DNA of 64,000 nt from Selaginella moellendorffii (taxonomy: Eukaryota; Plantae; Lycopodiophyta). Both the position numbers and the translations under genes were made by a program. The notes under the pieces are model-generated. The model was not told the origin of the DNA and made no database searches. It worked only from the letters and a program-made list of their open reading frames with translations. How positions within the stretch are numbered: position 1 is the stretch's first letter; every line of letters starts with the position of its first letter. The stretch lies in the NCBI RefSeq assembly GCF_000143415.4, contig NW_003314279.1, positions 2,242,541-2,306,540 on the forward strand, written 5' to 3'. Shown here piece by piece: positions 39,263 to 51,014 of the stretch.

Positions 39263-39562
39263 TTGGAGATAAATGCAATGACAGAGGGTGCAACAAATTG
39301 GGTGAAAAAGAATGCCCTCTTACTTGTTTTAGAAAAGTGCAATTCTGCCACTTTCAAGAAGTGCCCCATATGTTTTCTAGCGTTTGGTGGAAACAATGGC
39401 AATGATCAGTATGATGATATATATGCTCTTGCGACACACTGCAACATCACACACCCGAAAGACTACCATGAAATCTTTTTTGAGATGGTAAAGATAGAAA
39501 TGGAGACACACGAGTACTATGAGCAGTATTGCGAGAAGAACATTCGGAAGTATATAAAATGA
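39263..39562 (+). CDS. Small putative zinc-finger ORF (CPIC-x-HC-x3-H) in element B
   Basis: KKCPICF...LATHCNITHP. The start is uncertain. Confidence 0.4.
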   Translation: MEINAMTEGATNWVKKNALLLVLEKCNSATFKKCPICFLAFGGNNGNDQYDDIYALATHCNITHPKDYHEIFFEMVKIEMETHEYYEQYCEKNIRKYIK

Positions 39563-39653
39563 AAAGTGAAATGAAAAAGCACATTTTTATTAATTATATA
39601 AAGTATAATAAGTTTTACTGATAGAGAATAAACATCGATAGTGTTGGAGAAAT

Positions 39654-42600
39654 CTAATTAGCTCCAAAAGTTTTCTGCAACTCAGTAATAGTAAGGCTTG
39701 CTTGGTGTATATGAATATCCACTTTAGGATTCTGATGCAAGATGTTGATGAAGATGTAGTACTTATGCTTGCAAGGAGCATATGCCTTCCCATGTTCCTC
39801 GCGCTTCGTAAAGTCTGGACATGTGCAAGAAGGAAAGTCATGAATGGCAATTGTGTACTCTCCACCTTCTGTTTTGACTGTGTACTCCTTTGCAAGTGCA
39901 GTGATGTACTTCATGGAGAGAATCTCACACTCAAGTGTTTGAGCCAAGTTTATTTTACCTTGCTTTTGCTTGGAGACGGTACCAATAAATTTAACTGCCT
40001 TACCTTTTCTTGCTGGCCTCCTGTGCATCTCTGTAGGAATAATCCTGCTCCTGTCACTCATGTCTCCAACTCTCCTCTTAAGATTAAAACCAGATTTCTC
40101 AAAGTTTTCAATCTCATCCGAGGTGAGTGCGACCCCATTAGCAACCGGCCATTCTTTAGGTATTGCATCAGGTTTAGTCACTATAGTGTCTTCAAGCCGC
40201 TTTGTATGGTTGGCATCAGTGTTGCAACAATATAGCCAGCATCATCTTGAAAATCCTGCTTGCTTTCGTTCCCCATAGAAACATGGGGCTGGAACAGAAG
40301 CAAATTTTTCACCACGAATCCAAGCCCAACACTTGCCCCTTGGAAGCCTCCCCACACACCTTACATTCGATTTTTCTAGCACGCATCGGATTGCCCATTG
40401 CTTCGGCTCCACACTATGGTAAGCAATTTCAACCTGTTGCGATGCACTTTCTTCATCAACCACTTGAGGTGGCTCGGTCCGAGAGCGGTGTCTTGGAGTA
40501 GAATGGTACTCGACATCAGGCCTGTGAGAGCTTATTGCTCCAAGGTCCATACCAACATCTTCCCCAGCAAAGGAAAAACGATGCTTTGAGCGGACAGTCT
40601 TTATATCACCAATAGAAGCTCGGGGAGTGTACTCCATAGATGTGCCACAGACCACTTCCTCAACTGCAGTTGCCACTGTTCGGGCAGGTGGAGTTAATTT
40701 TCTCTTCATCCTATCATGTAACATCTCAACAGAAGGCCTTGTTACCATGTATCTTCCTTCCTCGAATGCCAGTGCTTTTGAAGATTGCTCTATAGGTATC
40801 AAATCTGATAGACAGGCTTTGTATAGACTCATCTTCCCTTTCCTTGCCTTAGAAGAACGCTAACTCCAATGCTTACTTTCGGAGAGATTCACAGTTAGGG
40901 TGTATGCGAGGTCCTCAAGTGGTTGATCCTAATGGAAAAGGCAATATTAAAAGGTAATAAAAGGAGAAGAAAAAATATAAACCAACATGAAAAAAGCGAT
41001 GTCCTCATTGGAACATTCTCACTTCCCACCATCCTAACCATGACTAAGTTGTGGTAGGCAACTTACGTCTGTATGGCCATCTTCACGCCACCACATTCGG
41101 ATCTTGTTTGCTTTTGCCTCATGCTCTTCTTCAGAAGGTGCAACCTGCCATTGTTTGCACAACTCCTTAAATATTGATTGAAACTCTGGCTTGATAAGGT
41201 GGCAGTGCTGGTTTAGGCTTTGAGCCCAATGGAACTCACAAGTCCTCTCACGACCTTCCAATGGTTGACCATTCCCAAAAACTGCTTGGATACCATTCTA
41301 GTTTGCACCAGCCCCATCTGCCATGAAACCACAAAAGTTTGCAGGCTTACCAGTCTGCTTTAGGACAATATCAAAGAGGGACTTCCAAAATATTTCCTGT
41401 GCTGTCTAGTCTTGTACTTTAAACTCTGTTGTCGCAATTGTTAAGTTACAACGTAGCTTATGAAAACATAAATATTATAACAATTTCAATATAATAAGAA
41501 TAAAAATTACCTTGGATCATACACATGAGCTCCCATGGTTGTCCAACCGGATACACGCTCCATATGGTCAAAATGTACCCATGCATTTGCAAGGTCACTG
41601 GACCCAAACATGTCCATTTGGGAGACAAGATCTACGCCAGAGGCAGGGCCCATGGTAGACATTTTGAAGACGAAGGGGCGCTCTTGCTCATTCACAACTT
41701 GGTCTGGAAATAAACTTCCGTGGATGAATTTGTATGGACAGGTCCGTTTCAATTCAAGGATGGAGTCAATTTTTGATTGCAACTTCCCCTCTTGAGATTC
41801 ACACATCCAAGATTTTATCCTAAACAATATAATGTAAGAAAAAATTATTATTATAACGTATGAAAAATAACAGATGTACCTCCTTAAGCTAGTAGCAGGT
41901 TGTACTCCTCGTAGTAAGTCCCACAAGCTAGCCTCGTTTAGTTGAGTCTTTTGGCAACCTGGATTGAGTAAGGTATTTGCGATAAAATCCTTGAGGACGG
42001 TCTTCTGAATATGCTTCGGAGTTGCAAATGAGTTTCTCATAGTCTCTTCCTGTACAGCATCTTTGAAATGGTTGAGAGAACTCCTTTGTATCCCTTCCTG
42101 CATTGGATGCATATGTGTGCCAACATGCACTGCAGCTCTTCCAGCCACTCTATCCCGTGGAAGAAAGTAGTACATCTTGGCCTTGTAGATAGCACGACAT
42201 AGAGGAGCATTTTTGTAGAATCGACATTTGAATCCAACAGCAATGGTGTCATAGGCTGGAGGATTGACTTCGAAAAATATAGAGTTTCTAGAGCGGTCTC
42301 GATTGCATGCTTCATCCACACAATCTAAATGCCTGCCATAATGAACTATAGACACTGTGCCTTCAAAATGTTGGAAGTGTGTGGTTTTGATCTTGCACCA
42401 ATTGTGGACATCCTGCTTGGTTTCCATCCCCTTCCGTTTGGAACCTGTGTTGCTGACAAGAGGTGGTAGCTCAAAGAAAATGTTGCCGTTGTAGGAGGAT
42501 GGAAGCTCACTCACAAGCCTATACAAAAACAAGTGCACATCGATTGAGAGGCGTGAAAATTGGAAAGCATTGCTAACGGTTTTGAATATTGCTGAAGTTG

Positions 42601-42724
42601 GAGCTGGAGCTAGTGAATTTGGTGCCGACACTAGCATAACATCTCCACTTGAACTAAAAGAGGACGAGAGGATAACAACTGACTCTTGCTTCACATTCAC
42701 TTTCGCTGGAGCGCATTTTGGCAT
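39654..42724 (-). pseudogene. MULE-like transposase with C-terminal SWIM zinc finger (multi-exon, several stops)
   Basis: WRKY/GCM-like ...KAKMY...HVGTHMHP, HFDH, GFMADGAGAN (~41310-41335), RERTCEFHWAQSL, SWIM CTCPDF...PCKH. Confidence 0.85.
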
Positions 42725-42889
42725 TTTGACTGGAGATCCGAACACTCGAATCTCCTTTGACTTGGAATTTTGTAAATCCCATTGTTGTCCACCCTCGCCC
42801 ACACCAGAAAGAAGAAACTCTGAGTATGCAACTATACTGGTGTCAAGAAATAGAGCCAAGACGAAGATCAAAACGCCGATATAAAAAAC

Positions 42890-44646
42890 TGTAAGCGACT
42901 AATTTTTCCGTTCTACTTTAGTCACTTAACCACACCTCCAACCACTTAGAGGAGTCTCATTCACAACCTCCATAAGTCCAATTTAGGACTTGGGACTTGC
43001 TAGCCCCAAGAATGGCATCCATGCCACTCCACACTTGCACCTGGTCCAAGTGCTCCACGTGTCCGGTCCCAAGACCGACACCCAAAGGTACCACTGACAT
43101 CTCGGCCCGTTACGCTAAGGCCATGCCCATTCACCTTTGCTGCACTAGTGATCCAATACCACTTGCATCACCATCCCGTCTCTCCAAGACTGGGCCATCT
43201 GTCCACGAGTGGTCATCCTGGACCCACTCCTTAGCATCCTTAGGATGCCCAAAGACCTGGGGAATCGCCTTCCCAAAAGTCCCTTTGTCAGTTCCTACCA
43301 AGTCCCTTTCTGCCCCTGGCCGTGTTTGCCAACACTGCCACTGGATCGAGGCCCACAGGCCCGACCACTAAGTCCCATGGTCCTCTGGGACTTCTTCACC
43401 ACACGACTGTGTCCTTGGTCACAACCCCAGAGGACTGCTCCTCTTCCTTTCCACAGTCTAGGCCTTTGGGACAACATTTCGGAACACCGTGGCCTTACGC
43501 GAGCCACCTGGGTACTCTCCCCACCTTTCGCCTTTAGGTGCTCTAGCCATGGGCTTAGAGCGAGGTTCCGTTGAGCCACGCCTGGTATCCAAGTAGGTAG
43601 TGCCACCCACACTTGGACTGGGAGCATCGGCCAGTCGATCTCCCGGGGGAACTAGAGCCGGCTCTTGAACACTTCACTAAGCTACCCCGCTTGTCGGTCC
43701 GTATTCACTCTAGTCTTGGACTTCCCAGTGGTCAGTTCATCACCCAACACTGGGTCTGGCCTTCCTGGGCCAAACTGGCCCTTCCTGGCCAAACTGGCTC
43801 CACTGCAGTCCTCCCCCTACTATACTTTTGGGGCTCACCAAACCCCCCAGGGTCTGGGAGACGAACGCTTTGGGCTTTCACCCTCTCAGGCTCCGGACTC
43901 GGACTCGGACTCGGACTCGGACTCGGACTCGGACTCGGACTCGGACTCGGATTCGGACTCGGACTTGGGCTCGGGCTCGGTCTTGGCCTCGGCCTCGGTC
44001 TCGGTCTCGGTCCCGATCTCGGTCTCGGTCTCGGTCTCGGTCCCGGTCTCGGTCTCGACTTCGGACTCCACCTCGGACTCCATCTCAGACTCCATCTCGG
44101 ACTCCATCTCGGGTCCATCTCGGACTCCACTTCGGACTCCAACTCGGGTCCATCTCGGGTCCACCTCGGACTCCAACTCGGACTCCATCTCGGGTCCATC
44201 TCGGGTCCATCTCGGACTCCATCTCGGACTCCATCTCGGGTCCATCTCGGACTCCATTTCGGGTCCATCTCGGGTCCACCTCGGACTCCATCTCGGACTC
44301 CATCTCGGACTCCATCTCGGGTCCATCTCGGACTCCACTTCGGACTCCAACTCGGGTCCATCTCGGGTCCACCTCGGACTCCAACTCGGACTCCATCTCG
44401 GACTCCATCTCGGACTCTCCCACGTGTCATGTGTTGGTCCTTTTGGGTCCCTTTTTGGAGCCTCGCCTTTTGCTCGCTTCGTGCTCATTCCTCGAGCACT
44501 TCGTTGGGAGTTCCACTCCCGCTCTTGACTTTTCAAGTCGGAGCTTTTGGTCCAAACGTGTTACGCTCGTTTGGCTCTCGCTTCGGCCACTACCATGTGG
44601 TGCCCTTCCAGCTCCACTTTGGGGCCTAGGGATTTTGTGTCTCACA
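42890..44646 (-). mobile_element. Young solo LTR (1757 bp) with a long CpG-rich hexamer array, nested in element B
   Basis: TG...CA ends and a perfect 5-bp TSD AAAAC (42885-42889 and 44647-44651). (GGACTC/CCATCTCGG)n array at 43893-44418. Confidence 0.93.
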
Positions 44647-45542
44647 AAAACTTTCAGAAACAATACTCTAAGAGAATGAAAGAGGTGGGTGATCTCGAAA
44701 ATGAAGAAGAAACCTCTCCATCCTTCTCAATAGGTTTTGGAGTTCTCTCTCTTTATGCTACTTGTAAAAATCTATAGTGAAACATAATTGAAATTTAAAT
44801 AGAGTAATAAGAAGATAACGTACAAAATGAATTTAAATTCTATAGCAAATTTAACATGTGTAAGTGTGACAGTATTAATATTACTGTCATCTATTATGAT
44901 GTCTAATGTATGTATACACATAGATCCAAGGAAAGATTTTCAGCACGTGAAGTTTGATAGTTAATAATGATACCAATAATGACATTCTGCTATAACATGT
45001 CAAACCAAGAGATCCAATCTAACTATCAGCACGTGTGATATGTCAAGTTGTCAAATTTTAAGTGGTAGATGATAATAAATCTTGTCAAATCTTATTCTTC
45101 AATGACAGATTTGATTCGTAGTACAACTCAAGTTTTATCCATAATTGTGAACACTACTCAATGACATTTAAAGCACGTGCCTATTGTTTAGGATCTAATA
45201 CAACACAAAATAAATTTCTGGATGAGGATTCATCCATTCATAGATGGATATAGTACAACATATTTTAACGTGCCTTATTTATACTCTTTGAAGTTTTTGT
45301 AACGATTCCAAAATATGTACAAAATATTGATGAGAATGCATCCTTTCTAGATAATTTGTAAAATATAATATTATATCTCTAATAAGAGAAATGTTGATAG
45401 GTGCTAGTTATACCATCATTAAAATATACAAAATAAAGAAGCATAATTGACATATAATAATAATGATAAGATAAAATAAGATCAAAGATATTGTGATGGT
45501 TGAGATTTAGGTTATTCGGAATGAACGGCGGATTAGAGATTG

Positions 45543-45600
45543 GTTAGGGTTAGGGCAGCCATCAGGATTAGGGTTAGGGTAGCCGCCAAGATTAGGTTAG
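45543..45600 (+). repeat. Telobox-like TTAGGG repeats upstream of cargo gene B
   Basis: GTTAGGGTTAGGG...ATTAGGGTTAGGG...TTAGGTTAG. Confidence 0.7.
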
Positions 45601-45629
45601 TGTTCGCATCGTGAGTGGAGCGCACGAGA

Positions 45630-45838
45630 AATCGAGAGATTGAGTGTGAAGGAGATCGAGGGATTGAGTGCGAAGGAGATCGAGCGATTGAGCGTGCAAG
45701 AGATCGAGAGATTGAGCGCGCAAGCGGGAGAGATTGAGCGCGCGAGTGGGAGAGATTGAGCGCGTGAGTGGGAGAGTTCCGGAGAGATTGAGTGCGTGAG
45801 CAGGAGAGATTGAGTGCGCGAGCAGGAGAGATTGAGGG
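45630..45838 (+). repeat. ~22-24 bp tandem repeat (GAGAGATTGAGCGCGCGAGYRG)
   Basis: About nine GATTGAG-anchored units are visible. Confidence 0.8.
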
Positions 45839-45969
45839 CCCAAGAAATCTAGCACGATCAAGAAATCAAAGGAGGAAAGATGCCACCAAGGGTGAGTTTC
45901 GATTTGATTGCTTCCATTTCCATTTTTTGAGTCCATTGCTTCCCTTTTTTTTCTTGATTGCTTCTTTGC

Positions 45970-46312
45970 TGGCCGAGGTCAAGCTCGGGCCGGCCACCTC
46001 GGGCAATTTTGCTTGCCAAGGGGCCGAGGTTATTCAACCACCTCGGGCAGTTTTGCTTGCTAAGGGGCCGAGGTTATTTGAATAACCTTGGCCGCTCGGC
46101 GAGCAAAACTGCCTGAGCTCGAACTTGGGTTGGCCACCTCGGGCAATTTTGCTTGCCGAGGGGCCGAGGTTATTCAAATAACCTCGGCCCCTCGGCGAGC
46201 AAAACTGCCCGAGCTCGAGCTCAAGCCGGCCACCTCGGGCACTTTGGCTGCCCAGGCGGCTAAGGTTATTTGAATAACCTCAGCCCCCTGGGCAACCAAA
46301 GTGCCTGAGGTG
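45970..46312. repeat. Tandem array of ~76-bp hairpins (~97-bp period) with core GGCCGAGGTTATTcaAATAACCTCGGCC
   Basis: Near-perfect inverted repeat at 46138-46213, with sister copies at ~46042-46117 and ~46234-46310 and a partial copy at 45970-46048. Confidence 0.9.
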
Positions 46313-46498
46313 GAGTCTAGGCCCACTTGATTTTTTTTTTCTCTTTGATTGTTTAAATTTCTCATTATCTTTATTTAGTTTGACTAACAAAACTTTTTCT
46401 CTTGCAGAAAAAGGAAAATTGTAACACATAAAAAGGTTGTTGGAGCCAAGAAGACACGAGAAGTTCAATTTGGCACTGACAGTGACATCACAATCGAC

Positions 46499-49400
46499 AT
46501 GTCCATTGGCACAACAGAGATAGTTAGAGATTCACCACCTCCACCACCATCACCTCCACCATCACCACCTCCACCACTGCCATCGCCACCTCCACCACCT
46601 CCATCACCACCTCCACCACCTCCATCGCCACCACCACCACCACCATTGCCACCACCACTGCCACTATTGCCTCTGCCCCCGCCGCCACCACCACCACCAC
46701 CAACGCAAATCCTTGAAGTTGGGCAATCTAGTGGTGTTCACGATAGGGAATCTGAGGAACAGCCTGGAGCTGAAAGAGTTGCAGACCTTCCTGACAACGT
46801 GGTGGACAAGCGCTTCCAAGAGACTATTATGCGGAAAAGGGAAAAAGCAGTTCACCAAACACTTGAGGCGCTCAAGTGGCCAGGCCCTTGTGACTTGATC
46901 AGAGAAATCCCCCTTTGCCATTTGCAGCAGACGAACCTTGTCCGCACAGCATCCAAGTATGTCAACCCGGATATATACAGCTTGTTCAAACAGAATGGCC
47001 TTGCAACAAATATCGGTATGTTTCTAGTCTCTTTTTGCAAGCTAGGAACAACGGAGATCATTACTATCACACCCGAGATTGTGAATAGCTGGGATCCTAT
47101 TTGGAGGAGGAAGTCCCTAGAATTTGATGACATGCTTATCAGACATCCTGAGACTCGACAGCTTGCGGGGACAATGTTCCAAATTATTGACGGTAACCAC
47201 CGATATGGAACTTGGATGAAGTGTATCGACGATCATTTTCGCGATGATCCCATCTACCATATCAACATTCCAGTCGGCCATGTTTACGCGAGGGGACCTT
47301 TGGATGTCAACAGACTTATCTTGGCCTGCCAAAAGATCAATGCGTAAGTTTTATAATTTTACCTCTAACTCCACTTTAATTTGTTTTGTTATGTTTAAAT
47401 GTAGCTTGGGCAGTTCGCTATTCAAAAACAAAATCTTGTCCATGACATCTAGCAACTTCGATTTTTGGCAGACTTGAGTGAGGATGACATCCGCCAACAT
47501 TATGGTGATGATCTCGCAACACTTGTTCGGCACTCACGCACTCGAAATGACAGTACAACTTGGTTCAACAACCCAATCAGTTTTATGCTCATTGTGTGGT
47601 GTAAGGTATGTCTTTCCCTTTTTATTTTATAAAAGCCTCTTTTAATTGTTTTGGTTTTTAGCCTTTGGTGAAGGTCAAGCAGGATGCTTACGAACTTGCA
47701 TATCCAGAGAAGAGTCGGGAAGAGCTCTCAGCTGAGTTTGTATAAATTGAGCACAAAATTCAGCATGCAAAGTCCTCAAAGTTGAAGAAACTAGTATGCA
47801 TTGTAGACAATCGCAGGCCGAAGGAGTGGCTAGAGACTATAGCCGAAATTTCTTCTCATGAATGTAAGTTTTTTATCACACTTCATTTTTCTTAATTATG
47901 CATATGTTACTTTTGCAGTGAACAAAACTCCAGATGACATGATTTACAATATCGCAAAATCAAAGCTTCCATATAAGCAACAAATAGAGACTCTAGAGTT
48001 CCTCAATGTCTGCTTGATGAACAGAGAAAAAGGACTGCTAGAACTATTTGAGAACATGATGAGAAGGGCTGTCTACGTCACGCAAACTATAAGTGAAGGG
48101 GAGAAGTTCTTGGCAGCACACATTGGTGACGATCCAGATGGCACATTCATGTCTTTCGACACCTACATTAACACGTCATTGGAAGAGATCGAAGAGGAGT
48201 GGCTGCCAGAGAAGTCTACAAGCACAACAACTTATGATTGCCAACATGGTCAACCTTATTTCATGCGACGTGCAGCTTATAGGTATAATATGATTTCTAA
48301 GACTGTTTTTTAATATATATATTGTTTACAAGTGTCTTCAATATAGAGGCATGCCATTTGAGGCATCAGTTTGCACTCGACTTGTTGCAAAGGGTGTAAG
48401 GGATGGAGGAATGTACCCAACAATGTTTGCGAGAGTTCCGAAGGCACGGAAGATAGAATGCCCTTGGGAGTTGGAGCTCCTAGGGAAGGAGACCTCTACA
48501 CTAGATCGCGAGGAAATTATCAATGCTAGCAACGATGGCAATGCAAGTGACGATGGAGACGAGGATGAGGAAGCTCTAGATCAAGTTCATGTTCCACCAC
48601 CAAACAGTCAGGAACAGGCTCCAATTCAACCATCAAACAACCAAGATCCAGATCAGGTTCTACTAGTAAATAACGATGATCAAGTGGTTCACAAAATATC
48701 ACGTCGACCTCGAGGTAAGCAAAAGTGAATTTACAAACTAAAGGTGATAATACATGTTTTTTGCAACAATGACTGTTGGTAGTAATTTCATTCCAGCTCG
48801 ACGAGATGCTCGTGAAGAGGAGTTGGAGGAACTCTCATCGACAACACGCCATATGACGGTATCATACTATTTATTACTTTTTTCATTCACTTAGCTCTTT
48901 TATAGGTCCGTCCTGTATCCCCAATAACACAACGAGGTATTGTGGGTATCTTCATTGGCTCTTACAGTAGATTATTGACATCTTTCACGGAAGACGACAT
49001 CAACATGGATATACGCCGCCAGTTCAACCGTTGGTGCCGAAAGATACAAAAGCCCGTGCTCCCAGTTGCGGACTTCATTCTCTTCGACTTTCCAGATGGT
49101 CTTTCAGATATCGATGGGAAAGTTGAGGATTGGAACTTTCTCACACCTGACCACTTGCGCGATGCATTCCTATTGTCCGAAGCACTTATGCTCGAAGCTG
49201 GCCATATCGTCTTCATCCTACCGAACGACCCCAACTGGATGTATGAGCTTATGACGTGCACAGCAGAAGTTCATTTCAAGTCATTCTCTTCCGGATGCAT
49301 CATGGATCCTATTGGCGTTGATACGAGGGGCGTCTAAGGGAAGCCTGAAAATGTGAGTATGTATTTTATATTTTTATCTAATTTCTAAACATTTTTATTT

Positions 49401-49765
49401 TCCAGGTTATGATGTGGACCTATCATGCCTTCTGCAGAAATACACATGATGGGTTTCATGATAGCGAACGTGCAGCACGTGCTTTGCTTGGGTATGACAA
49501 TTCCACTAACATCATACCCAACCTTGTGGATGAGTAGATCTGCAATACGTTTCCAGGGTACCGATTCCGAACTCCATCGGCAATGCAAGTCTTGCTTGAG
49601 CTCTATTGCCCACCAGATGGTGTTGTGATTGATTGCACAGCAGGTAGCGGTTCTATGGTGGAGGCAGCACGTGACTCTGGTAGGTTGGTGTTTGCTATTG
49701 AAGAACATCATTTCTTCAAACGCTGGCTCAGAAGATTTCGTGAGTTGCCTTCAACCTCAAGGAGG
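46499..49765 (+). pseudogene. Cargo gene B: multi-exon Pro-rich + ParB/Srx-like + beta-class N6A/N4C DNA methyltransferase-like fusion
   Basis: ParB-like REIPLCHLQ...VR...FQIIDGNHRYGTW (DGNHR at 47189-47203). Motif IV-like ADFILFDFPDG (~49068-49100) precedes motifs X/I/II RTPSAMQVLLELYCPPDGVVIDCTAGSGSMVEAARDSGRLVFAIEE (49568-49706). The ORF pieces are linked by short GT-AG introns. A few premature stops (e.g. 49335, ~49534). The gene may extend to ~49975. Confidence 0.8.
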
Positions 49766-50394
49766 TAAATTATGTTTATTAAAATTTCAATATATATTTC
49801 ATTCTATTTTATAGATCATAGTCACCTGGAGTTTCTAAAATTGGAGGCTTTGGAAGTCTCCCTGACTATGCAGAAGCCATGGCTCAACATATGCAAGATG
49901 AATCTTCCCCACAATACCAATATAGGAGGAAGTATAAAAGAAATCATTATGTTGATGATGAAGCAGAAGAAAGTTAATTGCATCCTTACATAAAATAGAA
50001 AGCTTGTTATATGTTAGATGTCAGTGAAAGTGTCAGATGTCAGTAAAATTGTCAGATGTTAGTGTCAGTGTCAGATACCATAATTATAGATTATCATTCT
50101 CACCTGTCACCATCACTTTATAGTGCTTGTGTGTTGCCATCTCCTCCTTCAACATTTTGTAAACAATTGTATGTGATATGATAGCACCTTCTAGAACAAG
50201 GTATGTTACCTACAACTAATATCATTTTATTATATTTTTTCTTTTAATAGTGACAATACTATAGTATAGTAAAGTAATTCTAGATCTTACATTCCACTAT
50301 AGGGTGGCCTAAAAACCCCATATTTTGCACTAGCCAATGCAGTGTTTCCTAAGGGGATGTTGTTCCTCACCATGAAGCGATAGTGGGTATGTGT

Positions 50395-50832
50395 CTATAA
50401 CTCATTCTTGAATTTATTGTACATCCACACGTGCACATTTTCCAGACCTGCCGTTGGGCAATTCTTACAGTGCTCAAGAAAAGTTTGTAAACCCATAGAG
50501 CCATTTGTCTTGTCCAAGAAAAAGTAGCATATTGGACACCAAATATAATAGCCTTCTGTGCTTTCAAGTAGTCCCACCATGTCAGGAGCAAGATCTTGCA
50601 AAAACATGTGGCATTGCTCTTGAAGCGCTGGAGGCAATCCCTCTCTAGTAGCAAGATCCGGAATTTCACATATAGGGAGCTCTAATTTAGCTTCACTAGA
50701 GCCCTCAGCAGAAAAAGGATTGTTATGTGGAGGTGAAGGTGGAATGTTGGTAGAACTTGGGGATGGAGGTGGAGATTGATATGAAATGCTGGGGGCCAAG
50801 TACGATTAGCAATAGGTCTCCTTTGAGCCATT
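50395..50832 (-). CDS. Small Pro-rich ORF with a CPIC-x-HC-x2-C putative zinc finger in element B
   Basis: YYIWCPICYFF...FLEHCKNCP. An in-frame ATG lies upstream at about 50832. Confidence 0.45.
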
Positions 50833-50919
50833 TCAATATAAACTTCTAAGGAGCTCAAGGAGAACAAAAAACCTACAATGACTATAACTTTTCTAGATAG
50901 TTTATATACTAAGTTTTAG

Positions 50920-51014
50920 TCTTGGGAATGAGGTTTATTTATTATGACACTGACAATACTCAGATTCTTGGGAATGAGGTTTATTTATTATGACACTGAA
51001 AATACTCAGATTCT
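50920..51014 (+). repeat. 46-bp tandem duplication
   Basis: TCTTGGGAATGAGGTTTATTTATTATGACACTGAMAATACTCAGAT x2. Confidence 0.85.

Noticed and set aside
43613-44679. Several long overlapping ORFs (216-338 aa) in multiple frames
   Set aside because: Artefact of the stop-free hexamer array inside a solo LTR.
45970-46312. CRISPR-like spaced palindromic repeats
   Set aside because: The sequence between cores is itself repeated rather than unique spacers, there are no cas genes, and the context is eukaryotic.
46499-46710. Extensin or formin host gene suggested by the poly-proline tract
   Set aside because: It is a low-complexity N-terminus in frame with the ParB-like domain and lies inside the TSD-bounded element.
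46499-49765. Bacterial or phage contamination as the source of the ParB-MTase
   Set aside because: The gene has spliceosomal introns and is nested in a plant transposon that interrupts an intron-containing plant pseudogene.
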